From positions 1-37,168 of the forward strand of contig JBHHXT010000029.1 of NCBI GenBank assembly GCA_046757165.1: a DNA stretch of 37,168 nt. Direction: 5' to 3'. The DNA is from a bacterium (GTDB taxonomy: Bacteria > Zhuqueibacterota > Zhuqueibacteria > Oceanimicrobiales > Oceanimicrobiaceae). The notes below the pieces were generated by a model. The model searched no databases. It was not told the DNA's origin and saw only the letters and a list, made by a program, of their open reading frames with translations. How positions within the stretch are numbered: position 1 is the first letter of the stretch; the number at the start of each line of letters is the position of its first letter. Of the stretch, positions 1-10,800 are shown piece by piece. The position numbers were made by a program, and so were the translations under genes.

Positions 1-18
1 TGTGACCGTGTTTTGACT

Positions 19-396
19 ATGACCTCAACCAAATCACAAAATCACAAAATCGATGAATTCTTTCCGGAAGAATATATCAAGCGGGCGGTCAAAGTCCTCA
101 AGCTTGTCAGCGAAGAGAGCAAACTACGCATCATGCTGTTGCTCGCCAAAGAAGGCCCTTGCCGAGTAACAGAGATCTGCACCATCCTCTCGATGAATCA
201 AACCACGATCAGCCATCACCTCTCTCTTCTACGCAACGCGGACCTGGTCACCACCACACGTGAAGGCACAAATATCTTTTATGATATCAATGACAGCCTC
301 TGGCGGGAAATGGGCTGGCAGTTCTTCGACTATTTGCAAAAGGGGGACAATATCCACTTCCTGGGAAAATTTATCTTGCAGCGGTTGGGCAAGTGA
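19..396 (+). CDS. ArsR/SmtB-family winged-HTH transcriptional regulator
   Basis: LKLVSEESKLRIMLLL...CRVTEICTILSMNQTTISHHLSLLRNADLVTTTREGTNIFYDI matches the ArsR pattern (SHHL..L...LV...R.G...Y). ATG at 19 preferred over TTG at 13. Confidence 0.9.
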   Translation: MTSTKSQNHKIDEFFPEEYIKRAVKVLKLVSEESKLRIMLLLAKEGPCRVTEICTILSMNQTTISHHLSLLRNADLVTTTREGTNIFYDINDSLWREMGWQFFDYLQKGDNIHFLGKFILQRLGK

Positions 397-459
397 AAGG
401 TTCCAGGCGCGGTTGTTTTTTCGCAAACATGACGGTCTTCCAGGTTATTCTGATGGTGA

Positions 460-3354
460 ATGATGCTTAGAGCGCGCCGATTCATCGGAGCTGCTTTTCT
501 CTTTCTCCTGAGTTTATCTGTCACGGCGGCAACACCGCAGCCCGGTCAGAAAAAGAAGGTATCGTATTCGTCCAGGAAAACTTCGAGCTCGAACATCCTT
601 CTGAAGGAAGGGACCGTGCTTGCGAGTAAGATTGTTTTCAAGATCGCGGGGCTGGCTGGTTTGGGGTTTCAAGCAGAGGCTGGTTCGAGTCTGTTGAGCG
701 ACATGATGGCACACTATCCCATCCTTGGCCTCGAACCTTTGATTGGCCAGGCGCTCTCGAGACAGCAGCGGCGGGCGAATGGCAGGCATCCCCTGGAGCG
801 CATTTACACGGCCACCCTGGCAGAGGGCGCCTCTGCCCTTGCTGTGGTTAGGAGAGTGAATCAACATCCGGGCATCGAATATGCCGAACCCCTGTACCGC
901 CACCGGTTGTTCGCAGAACCCAATGATCCGTTTTTCGGACAGCAAGAGTATTTTTCAGCCATCAAAATGGCCGCGGCCTGGGAGGTGGTCAAAGGGAGCG
1001 CGGGGGAGGTTGTCATCGCGGTCGTGGACGGCGGAACCGATATCGACCACCCCGACCTGAACGCTAACCTGTGGGTCAACACAGCCGAAATCCCCAACAA
1101 CAACGTGGATGACGACGGCAACGGGTTTGTCGACGATATCCACGGCTGGAACTTCCCACTGCAGTCCGGCGATCCTTCCGGCCTGGATATGACGCCCATA
1201 AGCGCGGACCACGGCAGCAACACGGCCGGCATCGCGTGTGCCGTCACCGATAACGGCGCAGGGGTCGCAGGCACGAGCTGGAATGCCAGACTCATGGCCA
1301 TCAACGCCGCGGACGCCACCGAAGATCGGGCGGTGGACTATGGCTACGAAGGGGTCCTCTACGCAGTCGAAAACGGCGCGAATGTCATCAATCTGAGCTG
1401 GGGCAGAGAGGGGGCGCCGTCCATTTTCGAGCAGGAGATCATTGCATTTGCACACGCTCGGGGATGCGCGATCATTGCCGCCGCCGGCAACGACAACAAC
1501 GACGTCCCGAATTACCCGGCCGCCTACCCGTACGTGCTCTCCGTTGCCGCCACAGACTTAGCCGATGTCAAAGCAAGTTTGTCAAACTACGGCACCACGG
1601 TCGACCTCGCAGCGCCCGGCGTCAGCATCCTGAGCACGCTCAACAATGGTGAATTCGGCAGCTTCCCGCAGGGCACTTCCTTCTCCAGTCCAATGGTCGC
1701 AGGCGTGGTGGCACTGGTCAAAACGCTGCACCCGAATTGGCTTGGCATCCAGGCCAGTGAGCAGGTGCGAGTCACCGCCGACAATATCGACGAGGTCAAT
1801 AGTCTGGCGCTCGCCGGTAAGCTCGGCAAAGGGAGAGTCAACGCCGAACGTGCGCTTACCGATTTCACCTCGCCTGCCATTCGCATCAGCGACCTGAGCT
1901 TCAGCGATTCCGGGCAGGATGGCACGATCCACGCCGGCGACTCGGTCGAGGTGGCGGTCAATTTCATCAACTATCTCGCCCCGGTGCCAGCGGTCGAGGT
2001 CTCGCTGCGAAGCCGTGACCTCTTTGTAGAACTACACAATGCTTCCGGCCAAATCTTGAATTTGGGAACCCTGCAACAAACCCGGCATCCGCTCACCTTC
2101 ACCTTCAAGGTCAGAAAGCAGGCGCCTGAGGGCAGGCGACTCGACTTCTTCCTGGAGATGACCGGCAACCACTACGAGGACCGGGAATATTTTCATCTCT
2201 TCGTTGAACCGACTTTCCTCAACCTGACCGTCAACAATATCCAGACAACGTTAACGAATGTGGGCAGAATTGGCTTTGCCAACACAGCAACTCAGGAGGG
2301 CGGAGTTGGTTTTGTGTTCAAGAAGAGCGAGAATCTTCTTTTCGAAGGTGCCATCATCGCTGGCACCGGCCCAAACCAGATTTCCAATTCCGCCCGGGTG
2401 GTTTTGCCGGCGCCGTTCGATGAGGATTTTTCAGGCGTGGAGGGGGAGAATCTACGAATCGTGGCCCCCACGACCGTGGCTGACCAGGAAAGCTTTGCCG
2501 TCTTTGAAGACGACATGGCCGACTTTCCGCTCGGCCTTCGCATCACGCAAAAGAGCTTTGCTGAAGCTGAGGCGCCAAACGATGATTTTGTCATCCTGCT
2601 CTACCAGATCGAAAACACAAGCGACACGACTCTGGCCGATTTTCATTTCGGCATCTTTTTTGACTGGGACATTGGTGAACCGCTGCGCAATTCTGCACAA
2701 TATGTTCCCTCCCACCGCCTGGGGTATGTCCACGACACCGCCACGTACGTCGGCAGCTCTCTTTTGAGCGATGACGACATCTCGTTCAGCATTCTCGACA
2801 ACAGCGGCATCCTCAATGATCGCTTCTCCGATGAAGAGAAGTGGCAAGCGATCAGCGGCGGGGTGCCGACGACTGAGCTCAGGGAGCGGGATGTGGCGTA
2901 CGTGATGGCCGCGGGTCCCTTTTCGATTCCACCTCAGGAGTTCGTTGAGATCGGCTTTGCATTATTGGCCGGCGAGAGCGCCGACGACATCCAAAAGAAC
3001 GCCGAGGCGGCCCGGCAGCTCTGGCAGGCCGTGTTGGTCACCGCTGTCGAGCCCACCGGCACGGGGCAGCGTCCGGTCGCATTTGCACTGCACCAGAACT
3101 TTCCAAACCCCTTCAATCCAACCACCGAAATCCGCTACACCCTCGAGCATAACGGTGAGGTCGAGCTCACCCTTTACAATCTCAGGGGCCAAAAGATTCG
3201 AACGCTGGTCCATGAAACCCAACGTGCTGGTTTTCACTCGATAGCGTGGGATGGCAGAGATGCGTCGGGCACGAGCGTTGCCAGCGGTGTCTATGTGTAC
3301 AGGCTGCGCTCCGCCGGGTCAGTCCAGTCCCGAAAACTGGTCCTCGTCAGATAG
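460..3354 (+). CDS. Secreted S8 (subtilisin-family) serine peptidase with C-terminal FlgD-Ig/T9SS-sorting-like domain
   Basis: Signal peptide; catalytic Asp (IAVVDGG), His (HGSNTAG), oxyanion Asn (AAAGND) and Ser (GTSFSSP); DDDGNGFVDD loop; C-terminus VTAVE...FALHQNFPNPFNPTTEIRY...WDGRD...ASGVYVYRL...RKLVLVR. Confidence 0.92.
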   Translation: MMLRARRFIGAAFLFLLSLSVTAATPQPGQKKKVSYSSRKTSSSNILLKEGTVLASKIVFKIAGLAGLGFQAEAGSSLLSDMMAHYPILGLEPLIGQALSRQQRRANGRHPLERIYTATLAEGASALAVVRRVNQHPGIEYAEPLYRHRLFAEPNDPFFGQQEYFSAIKMAAAWEVVKGSAGEVVIAVVDGGTDIDHPDLNANLWVNTAEIPNNNVDDDGNGFVDDIHGWNFPLQSGDPSGLDMTPISADHGSNTAGIACAVTDNGAGVAGTSWNARLMAINAADATEDRAVDYGYEGVLYAVENGANVINLSWGREGAPSIFEQEIIAFAHARGCAIIAAAGNDNNDVPNYPAAYPYVLSVAATDLADVKASLSNYGTTVDLAAPGVSILSTLNNGEFGSFPQGTSFSSPMVAGVVALVKTLHPNWLGIQASEQVRVTADNIDEVNSLALAGKLGKGRVNAERALTDFTSPAIRISDLSFSDSGQDGTIHAGDSVEVAVNFINYLAPVPAVEVSLRSRDLFVELHNASGQILNLGTLQQTRHPLTFTFKVRKQAPEGRRLDFFLEMTGNHYEDREYFHLFVEPTFLNLTVNNIQTTLTNVGRIGFANTATQEGGVGFVFKKSENLLFEGAIIAGTGPNQISNSARVVLPAPFDEDFSGVEGENLRIVAPTTVADQESFAVFEDDMADFPLGLRITQKSFAEAEAPNDDFVILLYQIENTSDTTLADFHFGIFFDWDIGEPLRNSAQYVPSHRLGYVHDTATYVGSSLLSDDDISFSILDNSGILNDRFSDEEKWQAISGGVPTTELRERDVAYVMAAGPFSIPPQEFVEIGFALLAGESADDIQKNAEAARQLWQAVLVTAVEPTGTGQRPVAFALHQNFPNPFNPTTEIRYTLEHNGEVELTLYNLRGQKIRTLVHETQRAGFHSIAWDGRDASGTSVASGVYVYRLRSAGSVQSRKLVLVR

Positions 3355-3423
3355 CGCCATCATCGCGGGGTTTTCTGTGCACCGACATCTCACATACCGA
3401 GCACGTCAAAAACAGGAGAGAGG

Positions 3424-4716
3424 ATGACACCTTCGCAGCCCTACAATGCACGCACCGTCTTTGCCTGGGCGATGTTTGACTTTGGTAATTCTGCCTTTTC
3501 CGCTCTGGTCTTGACCTTTATTTTTTCCACCTATTTTACGGAAGCCATTGCGCCGAACAAGATTATCGGCACGGCCATGTGGTCGCGCGGGCTGACGGTT
3601 TCCGGGCTGACGGTCGCCCTGTTGTCCCCATTTATGGGAGCTCTGGCCGACCGTGGGGGACTCCGAAAACGGTTTCTTTTTGTTTTGACGGTTGTTGCGG
3701 TGCTGGGCACGGCCTCCCTGTACACCACAGGTCCGGGCCAGGTGGCCCAGGCCCTTGTCTTGTTTGTCATCGCCAACATCGGCATGGAAATGGGCATGGT
3801 GTTTTACAACTCCTTCTTGCCCGAAATCGCACCGCCGGACAAAATCGGTCGCATTTCGGGGTACGGTTGGTCGTGTGGCTACGTTGGGGGATTGCTTGCC
3901 ATGACCCTGGCGATGGTAGGATTCGTGCAGACGGACGTGCCATGGTTCGGCTTTGTTAAAGAGAACGGCGAGCATATCCGCGCCACAAATCTACTGGTCG
4001 CCGGCTGGTTTGCCCTCTTCAGCCTACCCCTGTTTCTGTGGGTCAAGGAAAAAAGACAGCCGAACGCCGGGCAACATCCGGGCCGTTTGTTTGTGTCCAC
4101 AATCAGCCAGTTGCAAACGACTTTTCATGAAATCAGGCGCTACGGTCAGATTGTGCGGTTGCTGCTGGCGCGCGTATTCTATAACGATGCCATCTTGACG
4201 ATCTTTTCCTTCGGTGGCATTTACGCGGCCGGAACCTTCGGTTTCTCGTTTTCCGAGATCTTGCTTTTCGGAATTGTGCTCAACATTACGGCAGGAGTCG
4301 GCGCGTTCGCCCTGGGTTTCCTCGATGATCGAATCGGCGGCAAACGCACCATACAAATCACCAACATCGCCTTTATTTTCGCCACCCTTCTGTCCATCTT
4401 CGCGCCGGACAAATTCTATTTCTGGATCGCCGGCATCGTCGTCGGGTTGTTTTCCGGACCGAACCAGGCGGCCAGCCGGTCCCTCATGGGACGCTTTGTC
4501 CCTCCGGACAAAGAGTCCGAATTCTATGGCTTTTACGCTCTTTCAGGCAAAGCCACGGCTTTTGTTGGGCCGCTCTTCCTGGGCCTCCTGACCCAAGCAT
4601 TTGACTCTCAGCGCGTTGGCATTAGCATCGTGCTGGTGCTGTTCGTGATCGGAAGCTTGATTCTCACCTCCGTCGATGAGGAGGAGGGGAAAAGGCTCTC
4701 GGGCCGGGGCGGATAA
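3424..4716 (+). CDS. MFS transporter, UMF1/Atg22-like family
   Basis: About 12 hydrophobic segments; AWAMFDFGNSAF, GALADRGG.RKR, FYNSFLP, GRISGYGW, QAASRSLM, EFYGFY; SD GGAGAGAGG upstream. Confidence 0.88.
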   Translation: MTPSQPYNARTVFAWAMFDFGNSAFSALVLTFIFSTYFTEAIAPNKIIGTAMWSRGLTVSGLTVALLSPFMGALADRGGLRKRFLFVLTVVAVLGTASLYTTGPGQVAQALVLFVIANIGMEMGMVFYNSFLPEIAPPDKIGRISGYGWSCGYVGGLLAMTLAMVGFVQTDVPWFGFVKENGEHIRATNLLVAGWFALFSLPLFLWVKEKRQPNAGQHPGRLFVSTISQLQTTFHEIRRYGQIVRLLLARVFYNDAILTIFSFGGIYAAGTFGFSFSEILLFGIVLNITAGVGAFALGFLDDRIGGKRTIQITNIAFIFATLLSIFAPDKFYFWIAGIVVGLFSGPNQAASRSLMGRFVPPDKESEFYGFYALSGKATAFVGPLFLGLLTQAFDSQRVGISIVLVLFVIGSLILTSVDEEEGKRLSGRGG

Positions 4717-4795
4717 GTGAATGCTGTTGGCCTCGGGTTGGGAATGTACCATGTTTGCTTTGAGCGCCCCTGTTCTTGGTCAACAGACAATTTCC

Positions 4796-4816
4796 AACAC
4801 GGTTTGCAACCGTGTT
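4796..4816. terminator. Hairpin between convergent genes, possible bidirectional terminator
   Basis: AACACGGTT-TGC-AACCGTGTT, a perfect 9-bp stem abutting the hybrid kinase stop codon; U-tracts are weak. Confidence 0.45.
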
Positions 4817-7800
4817 TCAAGACTCGACCTCGATGACGTGATTCGCCTCATCAGCACTGGTGTGCTCGGCCAGGTAATGCTCAATGGTCTCCAGCAGCGT
4901 CTTTTTTCTAACGGGCTTGGTCAGAAACCCGGAGCATCCGGCTTGTAAACATTTATCTTGCGCTTTTTTCCCGCGATGAGCGGTCAGCGCGATAATGGGG
5001 ACCTGTGCGCCGTGCTCCAGATTTCGAATCTCGCTCACCGCCGTATAGCCGTCCATGACAGGCATTTCCATATCCATCAAAATGATGGATATGGATCTGT
5101 GGTTGAATTCGCTAACCGCCTCCTGTCCGTGCTGAGCGGTCACGACCTTGACATCCCCTCGTTTGCGCAGATGCTGGGTGAGCAGGTGGCGATTATCCTC
5201 TGAATCGTCCACCACCAGAATGGTCGGTCGTGGGTCCAACCACTTTTCGACCATATTCAGCAAGGTTTTCTTCTTGACGGGTTTCGTAATAAAGTCATCC
5301 ATATCATTGCGCAAGCATTTTTCTCGATACCCCTGAACAGCATGGGCAGTCAGGGCGATGATGGGCATACGGTCATATTTGTTCGACCGCTCCCACGCTC
5401 GTATCTTTTGTGTTGCTTCAAAACCGTCCATCACGGGCATGTAGATGTCCATCAAAACCAGGTCATATCTGAACTTCCTGGCAGCCTGGACCGCTACTTT
5501 GCCATTCTCAGCGACATCAACGGTAAAACCTGATTTTCTCAAGATTTTGCAAACCAGTTTTTGGTTGTCCAGGTTGTCTTCAACTAACAAAATTCGCTGA
5601 TAGAATTTCTTCTCGGCCGGCTTGCCAGGGCTGACCCGTTCGTCACGGACAGAGTCGCCACGGTCTTCGCGCAGCGTGCGAATCAGGATTGCAGGCAACT
5701 GCGATTGTTTGACCGGCTTGATGATCGACTGCGAGATATCCAGCTCCCTTTTTAGATTCGCATTGAGTTGCTGGAGCGAGGAAAGCATGATCATCTTGAT
5801 GTCTTTGAATTTGTCGCATCTGCGGATCTGGCGTGCCAGTTGAATGCCATCCATTTGCGGCATTTGCTTGTCGAGAATCATCAGGTCGATGTTATCGGCG
5901 TGATCTTCCAAAATCGCCAACGCCTGCTGACCGCGCGCAGCCTCCAGTACATCTATGCCCTGTGTCTGAAGCGTTTTTTTCAGAATGAATCGGTTGACCT
6001 CGTTGTCATCGACAATCATGATGGTGACATCGTGCAGCTCCGCCGCTGCCTGGTCTTCTTGCTGCTGCTCACATTCAAAGACCGGCAAGGATAGTTTGAA
6101 CTGAAATGTGCTGCCCTTGTCAACTTCGCTTTCCACCCATAGTTTGCCACCCATCATCTCGACCAAAGATCTCGAGATGTTCAGACCGAGACCGGTGCCG
6201 CCAAATTTGCGCGTTGTCGAGGTGTCTTCCTGAGAAAACTTCTCAAAGATCTTCATGACATTCTCAGGCGAAATTCCGGCACCCGTGTCGCACACTTTGA
6301 AGTGTAGTCTTGCCAGCGCCTCATCTTGCTCCGGCGGCTGGCTCATGCCTTCAAATTCAAGCTTGATGGCCACGTATCCACTTTCGGTAAACTTGATGGC
6401 GTTCCCGACCAGATTGACAAGTATCTGGCGCAGTCGTGTCGGGTCTCCGACCACATGTTTGGGGACTTCCGGGGCAACATAACACAGTAGTTCGAGCTCT
6501 TTTTTGTCTGCTCTCGAACTGAAGATCTCCGCCACACCTTCGACAACTTCGGCCAGCTTGAATCCGATCCGCTCGATTTCCATCTGGCCCGCTTCTATCT
6601 TGGAGAAATCGAGGATATCGTCGATCAGGCCCAGAAGCCCTTCGGAAGCTGACTGGACAACATTGACGTAGCCTGTTTGTTCCGGTGTCAACCTGGTTTC
6701 GAGCACCAACTCGGTCATGCCAATAATCGCATTCAGCGGTGTCCGAATTTCATGGCTCATATTTGCCAGGAAATCGCTCTTTGCGACGTTGGCCATTTCC
6801 GCCCGTGCAGCCATCTCCTTGGCCAGCGAAATCGCCTCTTCCAGCTCGGCATTGGTTTTCATCAGCTTGCGGTTGGCAGATTCCGCCGCCTCCTTGGCTG
6901 CCTTCAACTCCTCTTCCGCTTGCTTGCTTTGGGTGACATCACGAACGATTGTAATCCAGGCATCGTGTCCCTGATATTCAATCTCGTCGGTAAGCGTCTC
7001 GACTCGAATGCAGCAGCCGTCTTTTGTCAGATGGGTGTAGGCGTTTGAGGCGTTGACATTCTTGTGATCGATGTTACTCTTGACACTTTGCAGATCCTCC
7101 GGCGGGTGCAAGTCAAAGGGAGTCAGGGTCCTGAACTCATCGCGCGTGTAACCATAAATCCTGACCACGGCATCGTTGCAATCAAGAAACAGTTTTGACT
7201 TCTTATCGAAGATCATGATGGGGTCGGCGATGTGATTGAACAGCGTACGATATTTGCTTTCACTTTCCCTGAGAAAGGCATCGTTGACCTTGAGCTGCTC
7301 CAGGCTTGTCGTGAGCTGTGCGTTGGCATCGCTGAGCTGTTTTTCGTTTTTCATCAACTGCTGGTTGAGCGCTTTCAGCTCGGCCTCGCTGTCGCGCAGC
7401 GCTTCCTCGGCCTGCTTGCGTTCTGTAATATCACGGTAGATGCCGTAGATCGCGACAAACCAACTCTCGAAGTGCACAGGCGTTGTCAACAATGAGACGT
7501 GCACCAGGCTGCCATCTTTGCGGCGCCGGATGCTCTCCAGGTTCAGGTTTTGATGTGGCTTCAGGTTTTCCACCATCGTCTCGGGTTCATCCAGGTCATC
7601 AGGTCTGATGAGGGCATCGATCGACTTCCCCATCGCCTCCTCAAAGGTATACCCGAACATGCTGGTGAATTCGGAGTTCGCCTGGATGATTCGGCCTTCG
7701 GTATCCAATAACACGATAGCCTCTGGCGCGTTTTCAAAGAGTTGTTCGAAATACACCTTTTGCATCAAAACCTGTCTCTCGACTCGAGTTCGCTCCTGCT

Positions 7801-10800
7801 GCGTGAAGGCGTCGTTAAACAGAATGATGAGATAATCTGCAATCTCTCGCAGAGTCGTCACCTCATGCTCACTCCAGGAATGAGGCGTGGGCGAGTGAAA
7901 GCTCACGCTCCCTATCACCCGATTCTCATGGAGCACCGGAACCTCCAGGAGAGCCCGGATCTTAGCTGAAGTCAAAGTCGTCTGAATCGGGGTCAATCGG
8001 GCGTCTTTCCTGATATCCCGCACACTCATGACGCGATGCGTATGCAAGGCTTTGAGATAATCGGGTGCAGCGCTCAGATCCATCTGCATGCCATCGTTCG
8101 ACTTCATCGACTCTGGCTCGACAACATGCTTGACGGTTATCCCCCCCTCGCTATCGATAGCGGAGTAGGCGATACGATAGTCTTTGAAATAAAAGCTGGT
8201 CAGATTGAGAGTTTCTGCAATGATTTCATCAACAGAGGTTCCTGACCGGATGCCCGTCGCAATCGCATTGAGCAGTTTCAGGCGCGTCTGGCTTTCCACC
8301 AAAGCTTGCTCGGTTTTTTTGAGATGCGTAATATCGGTATCAATGACGATCAGGTTCTTCAGGCTGCTGTCCTCATCAAAGATAGGGGTGAGCGTTGATG
8401 AGACGCAGTACTCCTCCCCGGTCTTGCTGACGTTGATGGATTCATAAACAATCGATTTGCGTTTTTGGATGCATTGCTCAATGAGCTGTGCAATCCTTGG
8501 ATTTGTGCTGACTTCGAACAGCGTACGTCCTCTGGCGCTCCTGAACTCCTCCAGTGTATATCCACTCAAGCGGGTGAACCCGGCGTTGATCCACTCAATC
8601 TCTCCCTCGGCATTTGCTATCATGACCCCGTTGTCGGGTTCACTGGCGACCAGGGAGAGTTTCTCCAGCTCCAGTGCTGCTTGCTCGACTTTCTTTTTTT
8701 CAGTCTGCAATTCCGCCGTCCGACGTTCGACGATTTCCTCCAGGTGCCATCGTTTCTTTTGCAATTGCCGGGTACGGAAGAGCACCAGCGCATAGACGCC
8801 GCCACACAACGAAAGCAGGCAGATCAGGAAAAACCACCATGTTCTCCAATATGGCGGCGCGATTCGAAACCGAAACGTGGCCGGCTTTGCATTCCAGAGC
8901 TGATCATTGTTGCACGCTTTCACTTTGAACGCATAGTCGCCGGGCGGAAGGTTGGAATAGGTCGCGAATCGGTCAGCGGTCACGGGTGACCAGCTTTTGT
9001 CAAATCCATCCAGTTTGTACAGATATCTGACTTTTTCCGGAATGGCCAGACTAATTCCGACAAAATCAAAGGTGAGATGATTCTGGTTGAATGGCAAGCA
9101 CAAGTCGTACGGCAGCTCCGTGCTTTTGCTAACGCTGTCGCAACGTGCGCGCCAGTCCACCTTCTCGTGAAAGATACGCACGTCGACAATGTGAGTGCGG
9201 GGCTCTTTTGCGTTTTGCCGATCATATTGCGGTGCATATTTGATTGCGCCAGCCAAAGTCCCGAACCACAGATTTCCATCTTTATCTTTGAAGACAGCGT
9301 TGTGATTGCATTCAATGCCGATAAAGCCCTCCTCCTGACCGTAATGTCTGATCTCAACTTCGCCTGTCCGGTTGAGTAACGGCACGTTTAACCGATTCAG
9401 TCCCCGGTTCGTGCCAATCCACAGCTCACCGGAATCATCAAAGATCATGAACAGAGCATCATTATTGCTCAACCCCTCCTGCGTGGTAAACGTTGCAACG
9501 CTTTCTTCCGTTTCCGGCTGGACAGGCTGATATCGGACCACGCCATTTCCTGCCGTGCCAAACCAGATGGCGCCCTGCTGGTCTTGCAGAACATTTGTGA
9601 TAAAGTTGAAAGCGACCCCTTTCTTGCCAGAGATATTCGTGAACGCCTCCCCATCATATTTGCTCAGACCCTGCTCCGTGCCAAACCACAAATTGCCCTC
9701 CCTGTCTTCCATGATGGCATCGACTCTATTCGAACCCAGCCCATGCTCGCTCGAGTAATTGGTGAAAGTCTTGCCGTCGAATTTGTAGACGCCTTCCTCG
9801 AGCGTTCCAATCCAGAGATTGCCTTCCCTGTCCTGCAGCAGGTCGAGTACAACGTTATTTTGTCCCTCGCGCGTGATGAAATTCTCAAAGGAAACGCCGT
9901 CGAACTTGCAGATGCCATTTTCAGTGCCAAACCACAAGTTGCCATCGTGGTCTTCGACCATGGTGTAGACGCCGTTGCGGCTCAACCCATCCTTTTCACC
10001 ATAGTTCCGGACTCTTTCGCCGTCAAAACGGGTGACCCCGCCTTCCATCGTCCCAAACCAGAAATACCCTTTACTGTCTTCAAGAATCGACATGACCGTT
10101 TTGTTGGTCAGGCCCTCCTGGTCGGTAAAGTAAGAAAACGTTCCTCCTCGAAATTTACAGACCCCGCCCGCATCCGTTCCGAACCAGAGATTGCCTTCCC
10201 GATCCTCGAAAATGGACCATATCCTGTTGCTGGCCAGACCATGCCGTGTGGTAAACTGCGTCAAATGCATGCCATCATATTTGCCGACGCCCCCAGCCGT
10301 TGCAAACCAAAGGGTGCCGGCCCGGTCCTGATAAATTTGATGCACACCGCCGTGCGGCAACCCTGTTGCTTCATCTACGATCGTGAAAACGGAGCCATCA
10401 TATCCGATGGCGTTCTTGCCAGTCGCAAACCAGAGCTGGCCACTGCGTTCTGCAAGAATATGAAAGACTCTTGTGTTGCTGAGAAGGGTCTTTTCAGAGA
10501 AGTGTGTAAACGTGCGGCCATCATATTGACTGACACCATTCGCGGTTCCGAACCACAAGGTTCCGCCTTCGTCCTGAGCAACCGACAAAACGTGATTGCT
10601 GATCAAGCCATCCTGCTCGGTGAAGTTTTCAAACCTCTCGCCGTCGTATTTGCTCACGCCGCCGTTTGTGCCAAACCATAGATTGCCGATGCTGTCCTCT
10701 ACCATGGAGGTGACAGAATTGTCGATCAGCCCGACGGTTTCGTCAAAGTGGTCGAAGGAGCTGCCATTGAATCTGAACACGCCATGGCCAGCCGTGCCGA

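Noticed and set aside
9584..10681. 365-aa plus-strand ORF with repetitive content
   Set aside because: Antisense shadow of the propeller repeats of the hybrid kinase; its repeats mirror the sense protein and it has no family motifs.
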